Assembly: GCA_031285625.1 (NCBI GenBank)
Contig: JAITVV010000095.1
Span: forward strand, 192,001-256,000
DNA from: Prevotella sp.
GTDB taxonomy: Bacteria; Bacteroidota; Bacteroidia; Bacteroidales; Dysgonomonadaceae
Length of the DNA: 64,000 nt
Direction of reading: 5' to 3'
Under the pieces are notes generated by a model, which worked only from the letters and a program-made list of their open reading frames with translations, was not told the DNA's origin and ran no database searches. A program made the position numbers and the translations under genes. Position 1 is the stretch's first letter, and each line of letters opens with the position of its first letter. Of the stretch, positions 26,718 through 37,773 are shown in pieces.

Positions 26718-29101
26718 TACTTAAAGATGTTATCTATCTGTGCAGGAGGCGGTGCATCCGGAACTTCTTCGTCGCCGGTCTTATCACAGACACCGTATCC
26801 CGGTATTGTTTCAAACTGATCTTTTTGGCTATATCCTAATGTTTTATCAGCGAATACTTTTTTGAAGAACAGCCCCACGATAGGCAATGCCATGCTGGCT
26901 CCCTGTCCGTCGCTGGTACGGTCGAAGTGTATAGAACGGTCTTCCCCGCCTACCCAGCACCCTGTAGATATTTTAGGAGTGAATCCCATAAACCATCCGT
27001 CAGAGTTATTTTGTGTTGTTCCGGTTTTTCCTCCCATTGGAACTGTTATTCCATAGTTACGCCTGATACGCCCTCCTGTACCTCCATCGACAACACCGCG
27101 AAGCATATCCAGCATTTTCACATATGTTCCTTCACTAAATACTTCGTCCATTCGCGGCGAGAATACTGCGTCGGCGATTATATTTCCAAAGGCGTCCTCT
27201 ACACGGGTTACATATACAGGGTTTACACGTATTCCTTTGTTTACAAATGATGTGTATGCAGCAGCCATCTCAGCAACAGAAACATCATGGGTACCCAGAG
27301 CCATCGATACTACAGGGTCAATCTTTCCGGTGATACCAAACGAATGCAACATGCGCGCAAAAGCATATGGCGATGTGCGCCCCATCAGATAGGCTGTAAC
27401 AAGGTTGTCGGAGTTTTGTAATCCCCACTTAATGGTTACCGTCTCCCCAAATTTAGAAGCCCGGCCTCCGCGAGGCGACCACTCTTTACCAGTTTCCGTA
27501 ACCAAAGTTTGCGGTACATACAGCATTTCATCACATGGAGTCATTCCGCTTTCCATCGAAAGGGTATATAAATACGGCTTGATAGTGGAACCTACCTGAC
27601 GGCGTCCCATGTTTACCATATCATATTGGAAGTATTTGAAATCTATACCTCCTACATAAGCTTTTACATTACCGTTGTGAGTATCCATTGCCATGAATCC
27701 GGAACGTAAGAATCCTTTATGGTAGCGGATAGAATCCCACGGGGTCATAATCGTATCTACTTCGCCTTTCCATGAGAACACCTTCATATCTGCAGGCTGC
27801 TTGAATATCTTATAGATATCCTTATCAGACATACCTTCTTTCTTCAGGCCTCTGTAGCGGTCGGTAACTTTCATTGCCCGGTAGATCAGTGAATCTACGT
27901 TCTTTGCTACCGAGTATGAGAATGGAGCATATGCACGACCTTTCTTTTCTTTATCAAAGTCGGGTTGAAGCTCTTTGCTCATGTGCTCTGTCATAGCTTC
28001 CTCGGCATATTGTTGCATACGGGAATCTACAGTTGCATATATTTTCAGTCCATCGGTTGACAGATTATAATACGAACCATCTGGTTTTTTGTTTTTATTA
28101 CACCAGCCATACAATGGATTTACTTCCCAGTTGGTAGAATCCAATGAATACTGTTCCATTTGCCAGTCTGCATAATTTGCTTTATTTGGCTTCTTGGCAG
28201 TCATGGTCATACGCAGATATTCCCTGAAGTATGGAGCAAGCCCGTCTTTATGGTCTACTCTCTTAAAGTCAAGCTTTAGGTCTGTTTGCTTAAGTGAGTC
28301 GTATTGTTGCTCTGTGATGTAGTCGTTCTTATACATCTGTTCAAGCACTACATTCCTGCGGCCCTTAGTCCTGTCAGGATATCTTCTGGGATTGAAGTAA
28401 GATGGATTTTTACACATTCCTATCAGTGTAGCCGCTTCTTCAATTTTCAGGTCTTTAGGTGTTTTGTTGAAATATACTTGTGCCGCCGATTGTATACCAA
28501 CGGCATTATATAAAAAGTCGAACTGATTAAGATACAGGTTTACTATTTCTTCCTTTGTATAATATCTTTCCAGTTTTACTGCTATCACCCACTCTATCGG
28601 CTTACGAAGGAGGACACGTTCAAATGCGTTCTCAGAAGGTGGGGAATATAACAGTTTAGCCAGCTGTTGAGGAATAGTACTACCACCACCACCGCTTTTG
28701 TCCATCAGCAGTCCTCTTTTTACTACAGCACGTACCAACGCATAGGCATCAATACCTGAGTGTGAATAGTAGCGTGCGTCTTCGGTAGCTACAAGTGCCT
28801 GCACCAGATAGGGAGAAAGATCCTCATAATCTGAATAGATACGATTGTTTTTAGCCAATGAATATGTGCCCAGCAGCACTCCATCGGAGGAATATACCTG
28901 AGAGGCATATTTGTCTATCGGATTCTCCAGTTCCTCTACATCAGGCATATATCCTATAGCACCTGTACTGATAAGGGTGAAGATAATGGTAACAGCTCCA
29001 ACAAAGCATGCAAAGAGAAACCACAGGCCTTTTACAACCTTTTTAGAGTTAAATCTTTTGCTCTTCTTTTTATTCTTTTTCGATTTTTCTTTCTCGTCCA
29101 T
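26717..29101 (-). CDS. Class A penicillin-binding protein (PBP1a)
   Basis: TEDARY.SH.G, GGSTIPQQLAK, RK..EW; transpeptidase STIK, SDN and KTG motifs. Start at ATG 29101 preferred. Confidence 0.95.
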   Translation of the reverse strand: MDEKEKSKKNKKKSKRFNSKKVVKGLWFLFACFVGAVTIIFTLISTGAIGYMPDVEELENPIDKYASQVYSSDGVLLGTYSLAKNNRIYSDYEDLSPYLVQALVATEDARYYSHSGIDAYALVRAVVKRGLLMDKSGGGGSTIPQQLAKLLYSPPSENAFERVLLRKPIEWVIAVKLERYYTKEEIVNLYLNQFDFLYNAVGIQSAAQVYFNKTPKDLKIEEAATLIGMCKNPSYFNPRRYPDRTKGRRNVVLEQMYKNDYITEQQYDSLKQTDLKLDFKRVDHKDGLAPYFREYLRMTMTAKKPNKANYADWQMEQYSLDSTNWEVNPLYGWCNKNKKPDGSYYNLSTDGLKIYATVDSRMQQYAEEAMTEHMSKELQPDFDKEKKGRAYAPFSYSVAKNVDSLIYRAMKVTDRYRGLKKEGMSDKDIYKIFKQPADMKVFSWKGEVDTIMTPWDSIRYHKGFLRSGFMAMDTHNGNVKAYVGGIDFKYFQYDMVNMGRRQVGSTIKPYLYTLSMESGMTPCDEMLYVPQTLVTETGKEWSPRGGRASKFGETVTIKWGLQNSDNLVTAYLMGRTSPYAFARMLHSFGITGKIDPVVSMALGTHDVSVAEMAAAYTSFVNKGIRVNPVYVTRVEDAFGNIIADAVFSPRMDEVFSEGTYVKMLDMLRGVVDGGTGGRIRRNYGITVPMGGKTGTTQNNSDGWFMGFTPKISTGCWVGGEDRSIHFDRTSDGQGASMALPIVGLFFKKVFADKTLGYSQKDQFETIPGYGVCDKTGDEEVPDAPPPAQIDNIFK

Positions 29102-29242
29102 AAGTATGTGCAAGTCTATTAAAACTTGCTGCAAATTTAAATAAAACGTTTCAATAATGTAGATAAAAAAACTTAAATGGGATATTCATTCTTGCAAAGT
29201 GGCTTTGAATGCGGATATGAATAGTAAACTTTGTAATCAGCA

Positions 29243-29695
29243 CTATAATTGTATTATACATATCAGCCCGGCCAACAGACTTATTGACAAATACATACAA
29301 AATATCCCAAGGTGTTTTCGTACTTGTTCGGGAGTAATACTATCATAATAGTCTGCCAATATACAGTATTTATCGTGCCAAATCAAAATCCGATGCTTTT
29401 TTACTGTGCAATATTTTTTATCATTATACCGGAGCAATACGTATGAAAGAACAGATATATACATAATAATAAGGGCGATTACAATCCTTTCGGTGTTTAA
29501 AACGATGTGTGGAACATCTATCATATTACATATCAGGCTATAGATAAAAAAAGAAATAACCCCAACAGACATTAAATTAGAAAGAATAAGTATAGCTAAA
29601 ACCATTTGTGCAACCATAAATGGAAAACGGGCGCCCATTCGCTTAAAATAGAACCACAGCCAGTAAAGAATATTTTCTGTAAATGATATTTTCAT
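29243..29695 (-). CDS. Hypothetical membrane protein
   Basis: 150 aa with three hydrophobic segments; lies between priA and PBP1a. Confidence 0.55.
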   Translation of the reverse strand: MKISFTENILYWLWFYFKRMGARFPFMVAQMVLAILILSNLMSVGVISFFIYSLICNMIDVPHIVLNTERIVIALIIMYISVLSYVLLRYNDKKYCTVKKHRILIWHDKYCILADYYDSITPEQVRKHLGIFCMYLSISLLAGLICIIQL

Positions 29696-29714
29696 AGTTT
29701 GATAAAATAATGCG

Positions 29715-32150
29715 TTACATCGGGTCTACATCGTAATGCAAGAGCACAGACTTGTATGCAGGATTATTCAATACAACCTGATGCTGATAAACTATCTCCC
29801 TTACTTTCTGTATTGATGCCTGATTCTCCACTTTGAGAAGAATATGACGGATGTACAAAGATTGAATACGGGATACAGGAGGCTTACTTGGTCCCAGTAC
29901 CCTTTCTGAAAATGATTGCCTCAACGAAAGGGCAAAATCTTTTGCAGCAGCATCCACTATATGTTCTTCCCGCGCTCTGAGAACAACTGTTATAAGTCTG
30001 AAAAAAGGTGGGTAACGGAATATCTTGCGTTCCTCACATTGCAAGCGATAGAATTCTTCATAGTCATTTGCTGTTACCAGATTGATCACAGCACTGCCCG
30101 GATGCGATGTTTGCAAAAAAACCAAGCCTCGCTTGTTCTTGTGCCCTGCCCGTCCGCTTACCTGCATCATCAGCTGAAAAGCACGTTCGTATGCCCTGAA
30201 ATCAGGATAGTTCAACAGGTTGTCGGCATTGAGGATGCCTACTATACTGACATTGTCAAAGTCGAGTCCTTTCGAAACCATCTGAGTTCCGATAAGAATA
30301 TTTGTCTTATTATTCTCAAAGTCGGTGATAATCCTTTCGTACGATTTCTTGCCACGTGTAGTGTCTAAATCCATTCTTGCAACTGAGGCCTCAGGAAAGA
30401 GTTCCATTACTTCTTCCTCTATACGTTCTGTACCGTAACCCAGTGCGTCGAGCGTCGGTGTTTTACATTCGGGACAAATGGCCGGTACTTCGTATACAGC
30501 TCCGCAATAGTGACAGACCATCATCCGTTGCCCTTTGTGATATGTAAGGCTCACATCACAATTCTGGCAATGAGGAGTCCACGAACAGTTTTTGCACTCC
30601 AGCATAGAAGAAAAGCCCCGCCTGTTCTGAAACAAGATAACTTGCTCCTTCTTCTCTAAAACCTCCCTCATCTTATCAATTAGCGGAGGGGAGAGGACAG
30701 ATTTCATCTGCTTCTTCCGTCTTAGCTCTTTTACGTTTACCACTGCTATTTGCGGTAGTTCTATATTTTCGTGACGCTTGGTTAGTTTTACCAAGCCATA
30801 TCTGCCAGCCAGTGCATTGTTATAAGTCTCCAGAGCCGGAGTCGCCGTTCCCAGTAATATTTTTGCACCGAAGAACCCCGCCAGTACTATCGCAGCATTA
30901 CGTGCGTTGTAGCGTGGTGCAGGATCTTGCTGTTTATACGAGCTTTCGTGTTCTTCATCTACAATGATAAGGCCAAGATTGCTGAAGGGGAGAAAAACTG
31001 CAGAGCGTGCACCCAGAACAACCTGTGCTTCGCCTTTAGTTAACAGGTTCTTCCATGTTTCAGCCCGTTCGTTGTCATTAAACTTAGAATGATATACAGC
31101 CATCTTATTCCCAAAGACAGCTTTCAACCGGTCGGTGATCTGAGTAGTCAGGGCTATTTCAGGAAGCAGGTATAAAACCTGTTTGCCCTGAGCAATAGCT
31201 TCCTTTATAAGCTGTATGTATATTTCAGTTTTACCGCTGGAGGTAACTCCATATAGCAGGGTTGTATCTTTTTCTTTGAATGATACCTTTATCTCACCAA
31301 ATGCTTTTTGCTGATATTCGTTCAATTCATATGCAGCATCAATGTTAGATTCTCCATAGTTGAAACGGCTAACCTCATATTCGTATGTTTCGAGTATCCC
31401 TTTTTTTACCAACTCAGATAAAACTGCTGATGATACATTGGCCTCTTCCAGCAGGCTTTTCTTCAGTATCAGTGTATTTTCTTCTTTCAGGTGAAGAAAG
31501 ACCGCAAAAAGATGTTGCTGCTTTTTTGCCCTGTTGAGTTCGTTCAGGATTTGATTTAGTTCTTCTTCGTGATATTCTTTCGGCAAGCGTACTGCTGTCT
31601 GGCTTTTGGGAACATATGCATTTTGGATATTTTCGCTGATATAAGCAGCCTGCTTATCCACCAGTGATTTTATGGCAGCAATAGCATTTGACAATCCGGA
31701 TAGTTTCTCTATCTCACCTATTGTCTTCGCCTTATCAGCCGACAGGCTATAGTATACCTTCAGCTCATTGGGTGTAAATGGCTCTGATGCCTCAAAGTCG
31801 GAATTGAGCAAGACATGTGTTTCACTTTCGAGTTTCAGTGCAGATGGTAACGCAGCCCTGTACACATCGCCGAGTGAACACATATAATACATGGCTATCC
31901 ATTCCCAAAAACGAAGTTGAGTAGCGGTAACAATGGGATAGTCTTCCAATGTGGTGACTATATCTTTTATATATGATTCTTTTTTGTCTTCTTCGTAGAT
32001 ATGAAAAACAATGGCAGTATAAAATTTCTTTTTCCCGAATTGTACTATAACCCGACTCCCCTCGTACACCGAATCAGTCAACCCGGCCGGAAGAGCATAA
32101 GTGTAAAGTCCTTGTAACGGTAAAGGAAGTATTACATCTGCATACAGCAT
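29715..32150 (-). CDS. priA: Primosomal protein N'
   Basis: GVTSSGKTE, PEIALT, DEEHE.SYKQ, four CxxC, KGLDF, C-terminal DVDP. Confidence 0.97.
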   Translation of the reverse strand: MLYADVILPLPLQGLYTYALPAGLTDSVYEGSRVIVQFGKKKFYTAIVFHIYEEDKKESYIKDIVTTLEDYPIVTATQLRFWEWIAMYYMCSLGDVYRAALPSALKLESETHVLLNSDFEASEPFTPNELKVYYSLSADKAKTIGEIEKLSGLSNAIAAIKSLVDKQAAYISENIQNAYVPKSQTAVRLPKEYHEEELNQILNELNRAKKQQHLFAVFLHLKEENTLILKKSLLEEANVSSAVLSELVKKGILETYEYEVSRFNYGESNIDAAYELNEYQQKAFGEIKVSFKEKDTTLLYGVTSSGKTEIYIQLIKEAIAQGKQVLYLLPEIALTTQITDRLKAVFGNKMAVYHSKFNDNERAETWKNLLTKGEAQVVLGARSAVFLPFSNLGLIIVDEEHESSYKQQDPAPRYNARNAAIVLAGFFGAKILLGTATPALETYNNALAGRYGLVKLTKRHENIELPQIAVVNVKELRRKKQMKSVLSPPLIDKMREVLEKKEQVILFQNRRGFSSMLECKNCSWTPHCQNCDVSLTYHKGQRMMVCHYCGAVYEVPAICPECKTPTLDALGYGTERIEEEVMELFPEASVARMDLDTTRGKKSYERIITDFENNKTNILIGTQMVSKGLDFDNVSIVGILNADNLLNYPDFRAYERAFQLMMQVSGRAGHKNKRGLVFLQTSHPGSAVINLVTANDYEEFYRLQCEERKIFRYPPFFRLITVVLRAREEHIVDAAAKDFALSLRQSFSERVLGPSKPPVSRIQSLYIRHILLKVENQASIQKVREIVYQHQVVLNNPAYKSVLLHYDVDPM

Positions 32151-32159
32151 TATTATGTT

Positions 32160-32777
32160 TTAGAAGAAATAGTTTACGCCAACTGTCCAGTATTGGTTTT
32201 TCTTGTTTTGGAAAGTTTCGGCATCCATGTATTCGTAACTATAGTTATTGGTAAGGTCGCCACGGAAGTAAAGACCGACGTCAAGGTGCCTGAATACGTT
32301 TATTCCGGCTCCGGCTCCAAGACCGAATATGAAATTTTTATGTTTGTAAGCGCTGATTACATCGCCTACATTATCGGCTCCCTCGTCACCCACTTTTACA
32401 TTTCCATAAACGCCACCTGTGAAGAAGATACCAACCAAACCTAAGCTGATACGTTGCTTGATGTTAACAGGAACACTTATATAATTATAGTCGGAAAGAG
32501 ATCCATCAGCTTGTTTGTCTTTCATCTTGTACTCCTTATGTCCGTATAGCACAGCAATATCTGCGCCAAAACCCGACATAGGTACTATAAACTCGGCTGT
32601 AGGCCCAATCTGGAATCCAAGTTGATTACTGGCTTTAAATATGTCGGTATTAAGTTTTGTACTTGACACATCGATTCCTCCTCTAACCCCAAATCTGAAC
32701 TGGGCAGAAGCTGTGCTTATATTTAGAATGCTTATTAACAATAAGCATGCAAATGATAGGGAAAATTTTGTTTTCAT
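32160..32777 (-). CDS. Outer-membrane beta-barrel protein (OMP_b-brl_2/porin family)
   Basis: Signal peptide; AQFRFGVRGG, GFQIGP, YISVPVN, terminal aromatic residue. Confidence 0.85.
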   Translation of the reverse strand: MKTKFSLSFACLLLISILNISTASAQFRFGVRGGIDVSSTKLNTDIFKASNQLGFQIGPTAEFIVPMSGFGADIAVLYGHKEYKMKDKQADGSLSDYNYISVPVNIKQRISLGLVGIFFTGGVYGNVKVGDEGADNVGDVISAYKHKNFIFGLGAGAGINVFRHLDVGLYFRGDLTNNYSYEYMDAETFQNKKNQYWTVGVNYFF

Positions 32778-33143
32778 AACGGGCGTATTTTATATTTTAT
32801 TATAACAAAAAAGGGTGTGTTATGTTTATCCTGCAAAAGTAGCTATTTTTTATCAATAAAGCATTCTAAAACCCGGCTTTTTAAAAACTTGTTTTAATAT
32901 TGATAATCAAATTGTTTTGTACAATTTATTATAACCAAAATTAAAGGCTTCTGCTCCTTATTACTTACAACGTTTAACATTAACAATTATTTTATGTAAA
33001 CTCACATTATAAGAAAAAATCTGTAAGAATAGTATTATCAGAACTATATTAAAACCGATTTATTCAATAATGCGTAGTTAAAGAACTGTCTGCATTATTC
33101 GAGAAAGCTCCTGAAATTATTTACGAAGTAGCGATCATAAAAT

Positions 33144-33172
33144 AAGAGGCTTATTTTTTTAGCCTCTTTTTT
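33144..33172. terminator. Terminator-like hairpin
   Basis: AAGAGGCT...AGCCTCTTTTTT. Confidence 0.5.
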
Positions 33173-33247
33173 AATGACCACCTGGTTTATAAGAATAATC
33201 CTCAATTATAAATATGAGGAAATAATAAGAATACAGATATTAATCTT

Positions 33248-33451
33248 TTATTCAGATTTCATCTGGTTATTTAGCCTTGTGCAATATTCGCGGGCAAATT
33301 CTTTTATATCTTCATCGTAACTACCGAATCCTTTCACGATGGAAGAAACTATAATGAGTCTGCGCTTGCGAATAACAATGACCCTATTGTCTTCAAATGA
33401 TAAATAATCCGGGTCGCAAGAGTATTCAATGGAAACAAAATATTTTTCCAT
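33248..33451 (-). CDS. Small hypothetical protein
   Basis: 67 aa from ATG 33451; TATCTTTG promoter-like element about 50 bp upstream. Confidence 0.5.
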   Translation of the reverse strand: MEKYFVSIEYSCDPDYLSFEDNRVIVIRKRRLIIVSSIVKGFGSYDEDIKEFAREYCTRLNNQMKSE

Positions 33452-33759
33452 AATCAATAAATAGTGAACTGGGTGTGAAGTGCTTTATATTGTCTTAATA
33501 CAAAGATAGTAATTAAGACAATTTAACGAATATATATGTATGTTAATATGACTTTTTATTTTATTTTTTAAGCATAAAACACTATATATCAAATAAATAA
33601 AATAATATTTTTTTATTTGATATGACTTTTGTTTAAGTAATTATGACATTTAAGGACTCTTCTAAAGCTAATATTTTAACGTTCTTTTTTTGAGATTAAA
33701 AGCATTCCAATGCTCCACCGGCTTCTATCAGCCAGTTTCAGGCATTAATCATTTTATTT

Positions 33760-34740
33760 TTACAGTTTTCCCACTATCATATCCATTACCCGGGCAGTCC
33801 GGGCAGCAGAAACTCCTGTTGACGGACAAGACCCAACTCCGCGCAATTCGTTTACAATAGTTTGAATTAAAGGTTGTTGTATATGCTCTGGCTGTTCAGG
33901 CTCAAAATACTCATTGCCTTTATCTGTAGATAGACAAATAGGGGTGAACGCAAATGTACTGAAACGGATAACCCCATTTGTTCCTGTTATAGTTATGGAG
34001 TCTTCGCGTGATTGCTCAGGAGCAACAAAGCACCACTCTCCTACCCCTGTTATCCCGGACTTGAACTGCCAGATAGCAGAAAGCGTGTCAGCAACCTCAT
34101 AAAATCCTCCCAGATTTTTACAATAGGCTTTAGCTTCCTCTATTTCGCCCAACAGCAAATCAAGTATATCGAGTGTATGAGGCGCCAAATCAAAGAAGTA
34201 ACCTTCTCCTGCTATATCACGTTTCAGACGCCATGTCTGCTTCTCTTTATCCTTATCGGAAGCACTGGCCGGACGATAGAAACGGACGTCTGCTGTCAAT
34301 AACTTTCCTATGGCATTATTATCCAACAATTCTTTCACCTTGAGAAAGTAAGGCAATGCACGGCGGTAATGTGCTACAAACAGCTTCTGATTTACCTCAT
34401 TTGCAACATCAATGATATCTTTACATTCGGCATAATCCATAGCCATTGGTTTTTCTACATATACCGGTTTACCTGCACGAAGCACCTTTATTGCGTATTC
34501 TTTATGCGACTGCGGAGGTGTAGCTACATAGACTGCACTTATATCGGGATCGTTGATCAACTGATCGGCATCTGTATAATATTTTTCCACAAGATGACGT
34601 TTTGCAAAATCTTTTGCTTTTTCTTCATCCCGACGCATCACAGCTATCAGAGCCGAATTTTCTATTTTGTAAAAGGCAGGCCCGCTTTTCTTTTCAGTTA
34701 CCGCACCTACTCCTATTATTCCCCATTTTATAGTTTCCAT
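33760..34740 (-). CDS. Gfo/Idh/MocA oxidoreductase
   Basis: WGIIG.G, VYVATPP..H, EKPM, DLAPH. Confidence 0.95.
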   Translation of the reverse strand: METIKWGIIGVGAVTEKKSGPAFYKIENSALIAVMRRDEEKAKDFAKRHLVEKYYTDADQLINDPDISAVYVATPPQSHKEYAIKVLRAGKPVYVEKPMAMDYAECKDIIDVANEVNQKLFVAHYRRALPYFLKVKELLDNNAIGKLLTADVRFYRPASASDKDKEKQTWRLKRDIAGEGYFFDLAPHTLDILDLLLGEIEEAKAYCKNLGGFYEVADTLSAIWQFKSGITGVGEWCFVAPEQSREDSITITGTNGVIRFSTFAFTPICLSTDKGNEYFEPEQPEHIQQPLIQTIVNELRGVGSCPSTGVSAARTARVMDMIVGKL

Positions 34741-34939
34741 ATATTTTTTTGTTTGTTAAAAAGTAACAAAAGTGACAGCTTTTCACCTATTTTTTTCTGT
34801 TACTTTTGCCTTTTTCTTTCCTATTGCCAACAAGAATGAAAAAGGTATAAATAAGATAATTATTCTATTTTAAAATAATCCGGGATGAACACCTACTAAA
34901 GTATAAACAATGAAAATAGTTGTTTGTTTATCATTACGT

Positions 34940-35701
34940 TTAACTAAAGAATGTTTCATTTTCCTTTCGGACGGCACACTTCGACTCAAATTTGCGGCGT
35001 ACAGCCCCATACACCAACCCCCTGAAATTTCTTGAGTGCTGCGGACAAACCGTAATACAACGCGCACACGATATGCATAATTCCTTATTTGTCTTTCTGG
35101 GGTGATCGGCAGAAATAGCGCCTACCGGACACAGCCGCACACAAGTACCACACTTATCGCAGCTTGAATTTCCCTTAGGAACAAGTGGTATAGGACCATG
35201 TTCCCTGTATGGGTAATTTCCTTTTACGTTCAATGGTTTTGGTTCTTCTTTTTCAAGGTATTTATCATAACATTTCTTCGCAAAACCGACTATCATTTCC
35301 TCATCTTCCTCATCAGGACGATTAACAGCAACCTTTGGGAAAATGGAATGACGCGCTATAAACGCACCTGCAGCAAAAGGAACGAATCCGTTCTCCTGGC
35401 ATATATTTCTCAGTTCGAGCAGTGCATCATCATAATCACGATTACCATATACATTTACTATCACAGCCGGAGTATTGTTTCCTTTTATCTTATGAAATGC
35501 TTCTGTAGCCAGTTTGGGTACACGCCCTGCGTACACAGGAACACCAAAAACAGCCAGATCACCTTCATCAATAGATAATGCCTCATCAAACCCCATTGTT
35601 ACATCTAGTTCTTCAAACGGGACATCCATACTTTTGCCTATAGCTCTCATGATCTTCCTTGTAGAAAGTGCCGGACTGAAATATATTAAATGTACTTTCA
35701 T
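34940..35701 (-). CDS. EFR1-like flavodoxin-fold plus 4Fe-4S dicluster protein
   Basis: YFSP..ST, PVYAGRVP, YGNRDYDDALLEL, two CxxCxxCxxxCP motifs. Confidence 0.9.
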   Translation of the reverse strand: MKVHLIYFSPALSTRKIMRAIGKSMDVPFEELDVTMGFDEALSIDEGDLAVFGVPVYAGRVPKLATEAFHKIKGNNTPAVIVNVYGNRDYDDALLELRNICQENGFVPFAAGAFIARHSIFPKVAVNRPDEEDEEMIVGFAKKCYDKYLEKEEPKPLNVKGNYPYREHGPIPLVPKGNSSCDKCGTCVRLCPVGAISADHPRKTNKELCISCARCITVCPQHSRNFRGLVYGAVRRKFESKCAVRKENETFFS

Positions 35702-35778
35702 ATTGTGTGTTTTTAGTTGATCTATAAAAGTACAAATAATTGATTATAAAATAAACCGAGGCTGTTCCAAAAGTAATG

Positions 35779-35951
35779 AAGTGCTACTCTCTTTGTCATT
35801 CTTCGTTACACTCAGAATCCCGACTCTTCTATCCTTGATAAATGGGTCGAGATGTTTCACTTCGTTCAACATGACAAAAGAGAGTAGTACTTGACAACTC
35901 TTAATGAAACGGAGTGGAATATCCCTGATTTAAATCAGATACTCCACTCCG
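35779..35951. repeat. REP-like copy C (35794-35876) with extended flanking stem, plus a degenerate second palindrome (35910-35951)
   Basis: AAGTGCTACTCTCTTTGTCAT...ATGACAAAAGAGAGTAGTACTT; core CCTTGATAAATGGGTCG; CGGAGTGGAATATC...GATACTCCACTCCG. Confidence 0.8.
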
Positions 35952-35970
35952 CTCAGTATAATAATTTCTT

Positions 35971-37770
35971 TTAGAACTTAAGGCTTACCCCTCCAAGGAA
36001 GTTGAATCCCTGTAACGGATAACCGTAAACAAGTTCATATTTTTGGAAAAGGATATTATTCAGACGTGCATTGATGGATATCCAGTCTGTAAGCTGATAT
36101 TCACCTCTGAAATTCAGTTCATTGATATCTTTCATATTCACTGAATTATTTGTAATGCCGACAGTTTTGCGTCCACCTGCATACATATAGTTCAACGATA
36201 CCAACAGGGCGCCGAAAGGCCTTACATCTGCGTTTAACTCTGCAGTAAATGAAGGACGTCCCCATGCTTTAGCTTCCGGTAATACATCCGAATCTATTAC
36301 CTCTACATATGGATCATGATATTTCACATCATAAAAATATCCAGTGATCTTAGCCGACAGATCGGTATATGGTATCAGGTTCGTTTTCAGCAATCCGCCT
36401 ACATGACCTGTAGAGACATTTGCATAAACCGGACTGGCCAGATTTCCCCATCCTGCATCAGTAGAGGTATAACTGGATGAATATACATACAGGTGGTCTC
36501 TGCGTGTATGCTTATATCCGGCAAACAAGTCAAACTCCAAACCACTGACAACTCCTGAACGGAATCCTATTTTAGCATCGTAGTATGTTTTGGAATATTC
36601 TACACGGGTAGCAGGATTCACATACCTGTTCTCCTGTAATATGTCAAGGAATGTATTGTCGTTAACTCCTCCCCCAACTTCCGCATAGAAAGTATTTACT
36701 TCATTTACCTTTACACTGGCTTTTACATTCGGGGATACGGCAAAAGCGGTTTTCACATCAAACAATGCGCTCACATTGACACCCAGGTCGGCATTCCAGC
36801 TATCTCCCTGAAACTTGATATATGGCGTACCTGTAATGTTAGTGTATCCATGATGTGCATTTTCAATATAATCGGTTTTATCACTAAAAGACTGGTTCAG
36901 GATCATACCTTTGATACCCACAGTCTGATCTGCACCAAACTCAGTATAAAGATTTAGGTCGGCATTGATAATACCACCCTTTACGCCATCATCTTCTTTT
37001 TGCAATCCATATTTATTTGTAAAATAATTATAGCCTACATTCCCATCATACTTGATAGCCCCTTCGTTCTTATCACTGGACTTTAAGCCCACTCCTATTT
37101 TGAAAACATTTACACCCTGCTTTGAATCCACATCATAAGGAAACGAGATTGATGATGTATTCGGAATAAAACTATTTCCGTAATAATTGTAAGCCGTATT
37201 GTAGAACGATGCCCCTAGTGATAATACAGAAGGATCGAACGTATGCTGGTATCTCAGGTTGGCTCCGATATGTGAATATTTAGCTTTCACATCACTCATT
37301 GCATAGTCCTTCCCATCAATATAATCTACGGTGCTGTTTGTTCCGCTATATGTGCCAAAGAAATCGAGACGGTCGCGATCTCGGTTTACAAGCCTGTATC
37401 CAAGGGCAGCATCGATATTTCCGGAAGTTCCCACACCGAACAGTGCATAACCACGCTTTTTATCAAAGTCTACATCGGTCTTTATATCTCCCGATTCGGA
37501 AGCTCCCAGTTTATTATTATCAAGTACTATCTGAGGGGTAGTACTCACAAACTTAATATTTCTCGGTTTGATCAATGGAGAGTATATCTCAGGCATTGTA
37601 TTTACCTTCAATGCATCCTGCATTGTAGGCACATAGTCACGTTCGAGCATTACCTGTCGTGTGATAGTAGAATCTTTCTGGGCCGAAGCTGTCAGGCTCA
37701 CAACACCTAGTCCTATGACCAAAATTGATTTATATATTGTTTTCATATCTTTCATTTTCGATTTGTTCAT
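35971..37770 (-). CDS. TonB-dependent-receptor-like beta-barrel with no obvious plug domain
   Basis: Signal peptide, amphipathic strands, NNIL..KYE...GYP.QG and terminal F. Confidence 0.8.
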   Translation of the reverse strand: MNKSKMKDMKTIYKSILVIGLGVVSLTASAQKDSTITRQVMLERDYVPTMQDALKVNTMPEIYSPLIKPRNIKFVSTTPQIVLDNNKLGASESGDIKTDVDFDKKRGYALFGVGTSGNIDAALGYRLVNRDRDRLDFFGTYSGTNSTVDYIDGKDYAMSDVKAKYSHIGANLRYQHTFDPSVLSLGASFYNTAYNYYGNSFIPNTSSISFPYDVDSKQGVNVFKIGVGLKSSDKNEGAIKYDGNVGYNYFTNKYGLQKEDDGVKGGIINADLNLYTEFGADQTVGIKGMILNQSFSDKTDYIENAHHGYTNITGTPYIKFQGDSWNADLGVNVSALFDVKTAFAVSPNVKASVKVNEVNTFYAEVGGGVNDNTFLDILQENRYVNPATRVEYSKTYYDAKIGFRSGVVSGLEFDLFAGYKHTRRDHLYVYSSSYTSTDAGWGNLASPVYANVSTGHVGGLLKTNLIPYTDLSAKITGYFYDVKYHDPYVEVIDSDVLPEAKAWGRPSFTAELNADVRPFGALLVSLNYMYAGGRKTVGITNNSVNMKDINELNFRGEYQLTDWISINARLNNILFQKYELVYGYPLQGFNFLGGVSLKF

Positions 37771-37773
37771 AAG

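Noticed and set aside
29243-29695. Short internal DKKYC/DKYC repeat in a membrane ORF
   Set aside because: Too short to distinguish from chance.
33074-33145. Short protein-like frame VVKELSALFEKAPEIIYEVAIIK ending at a hairpin
   Set aside because: In-frame stop just upstream and no start codon; neither a gene nor a pseudogene can be supported.
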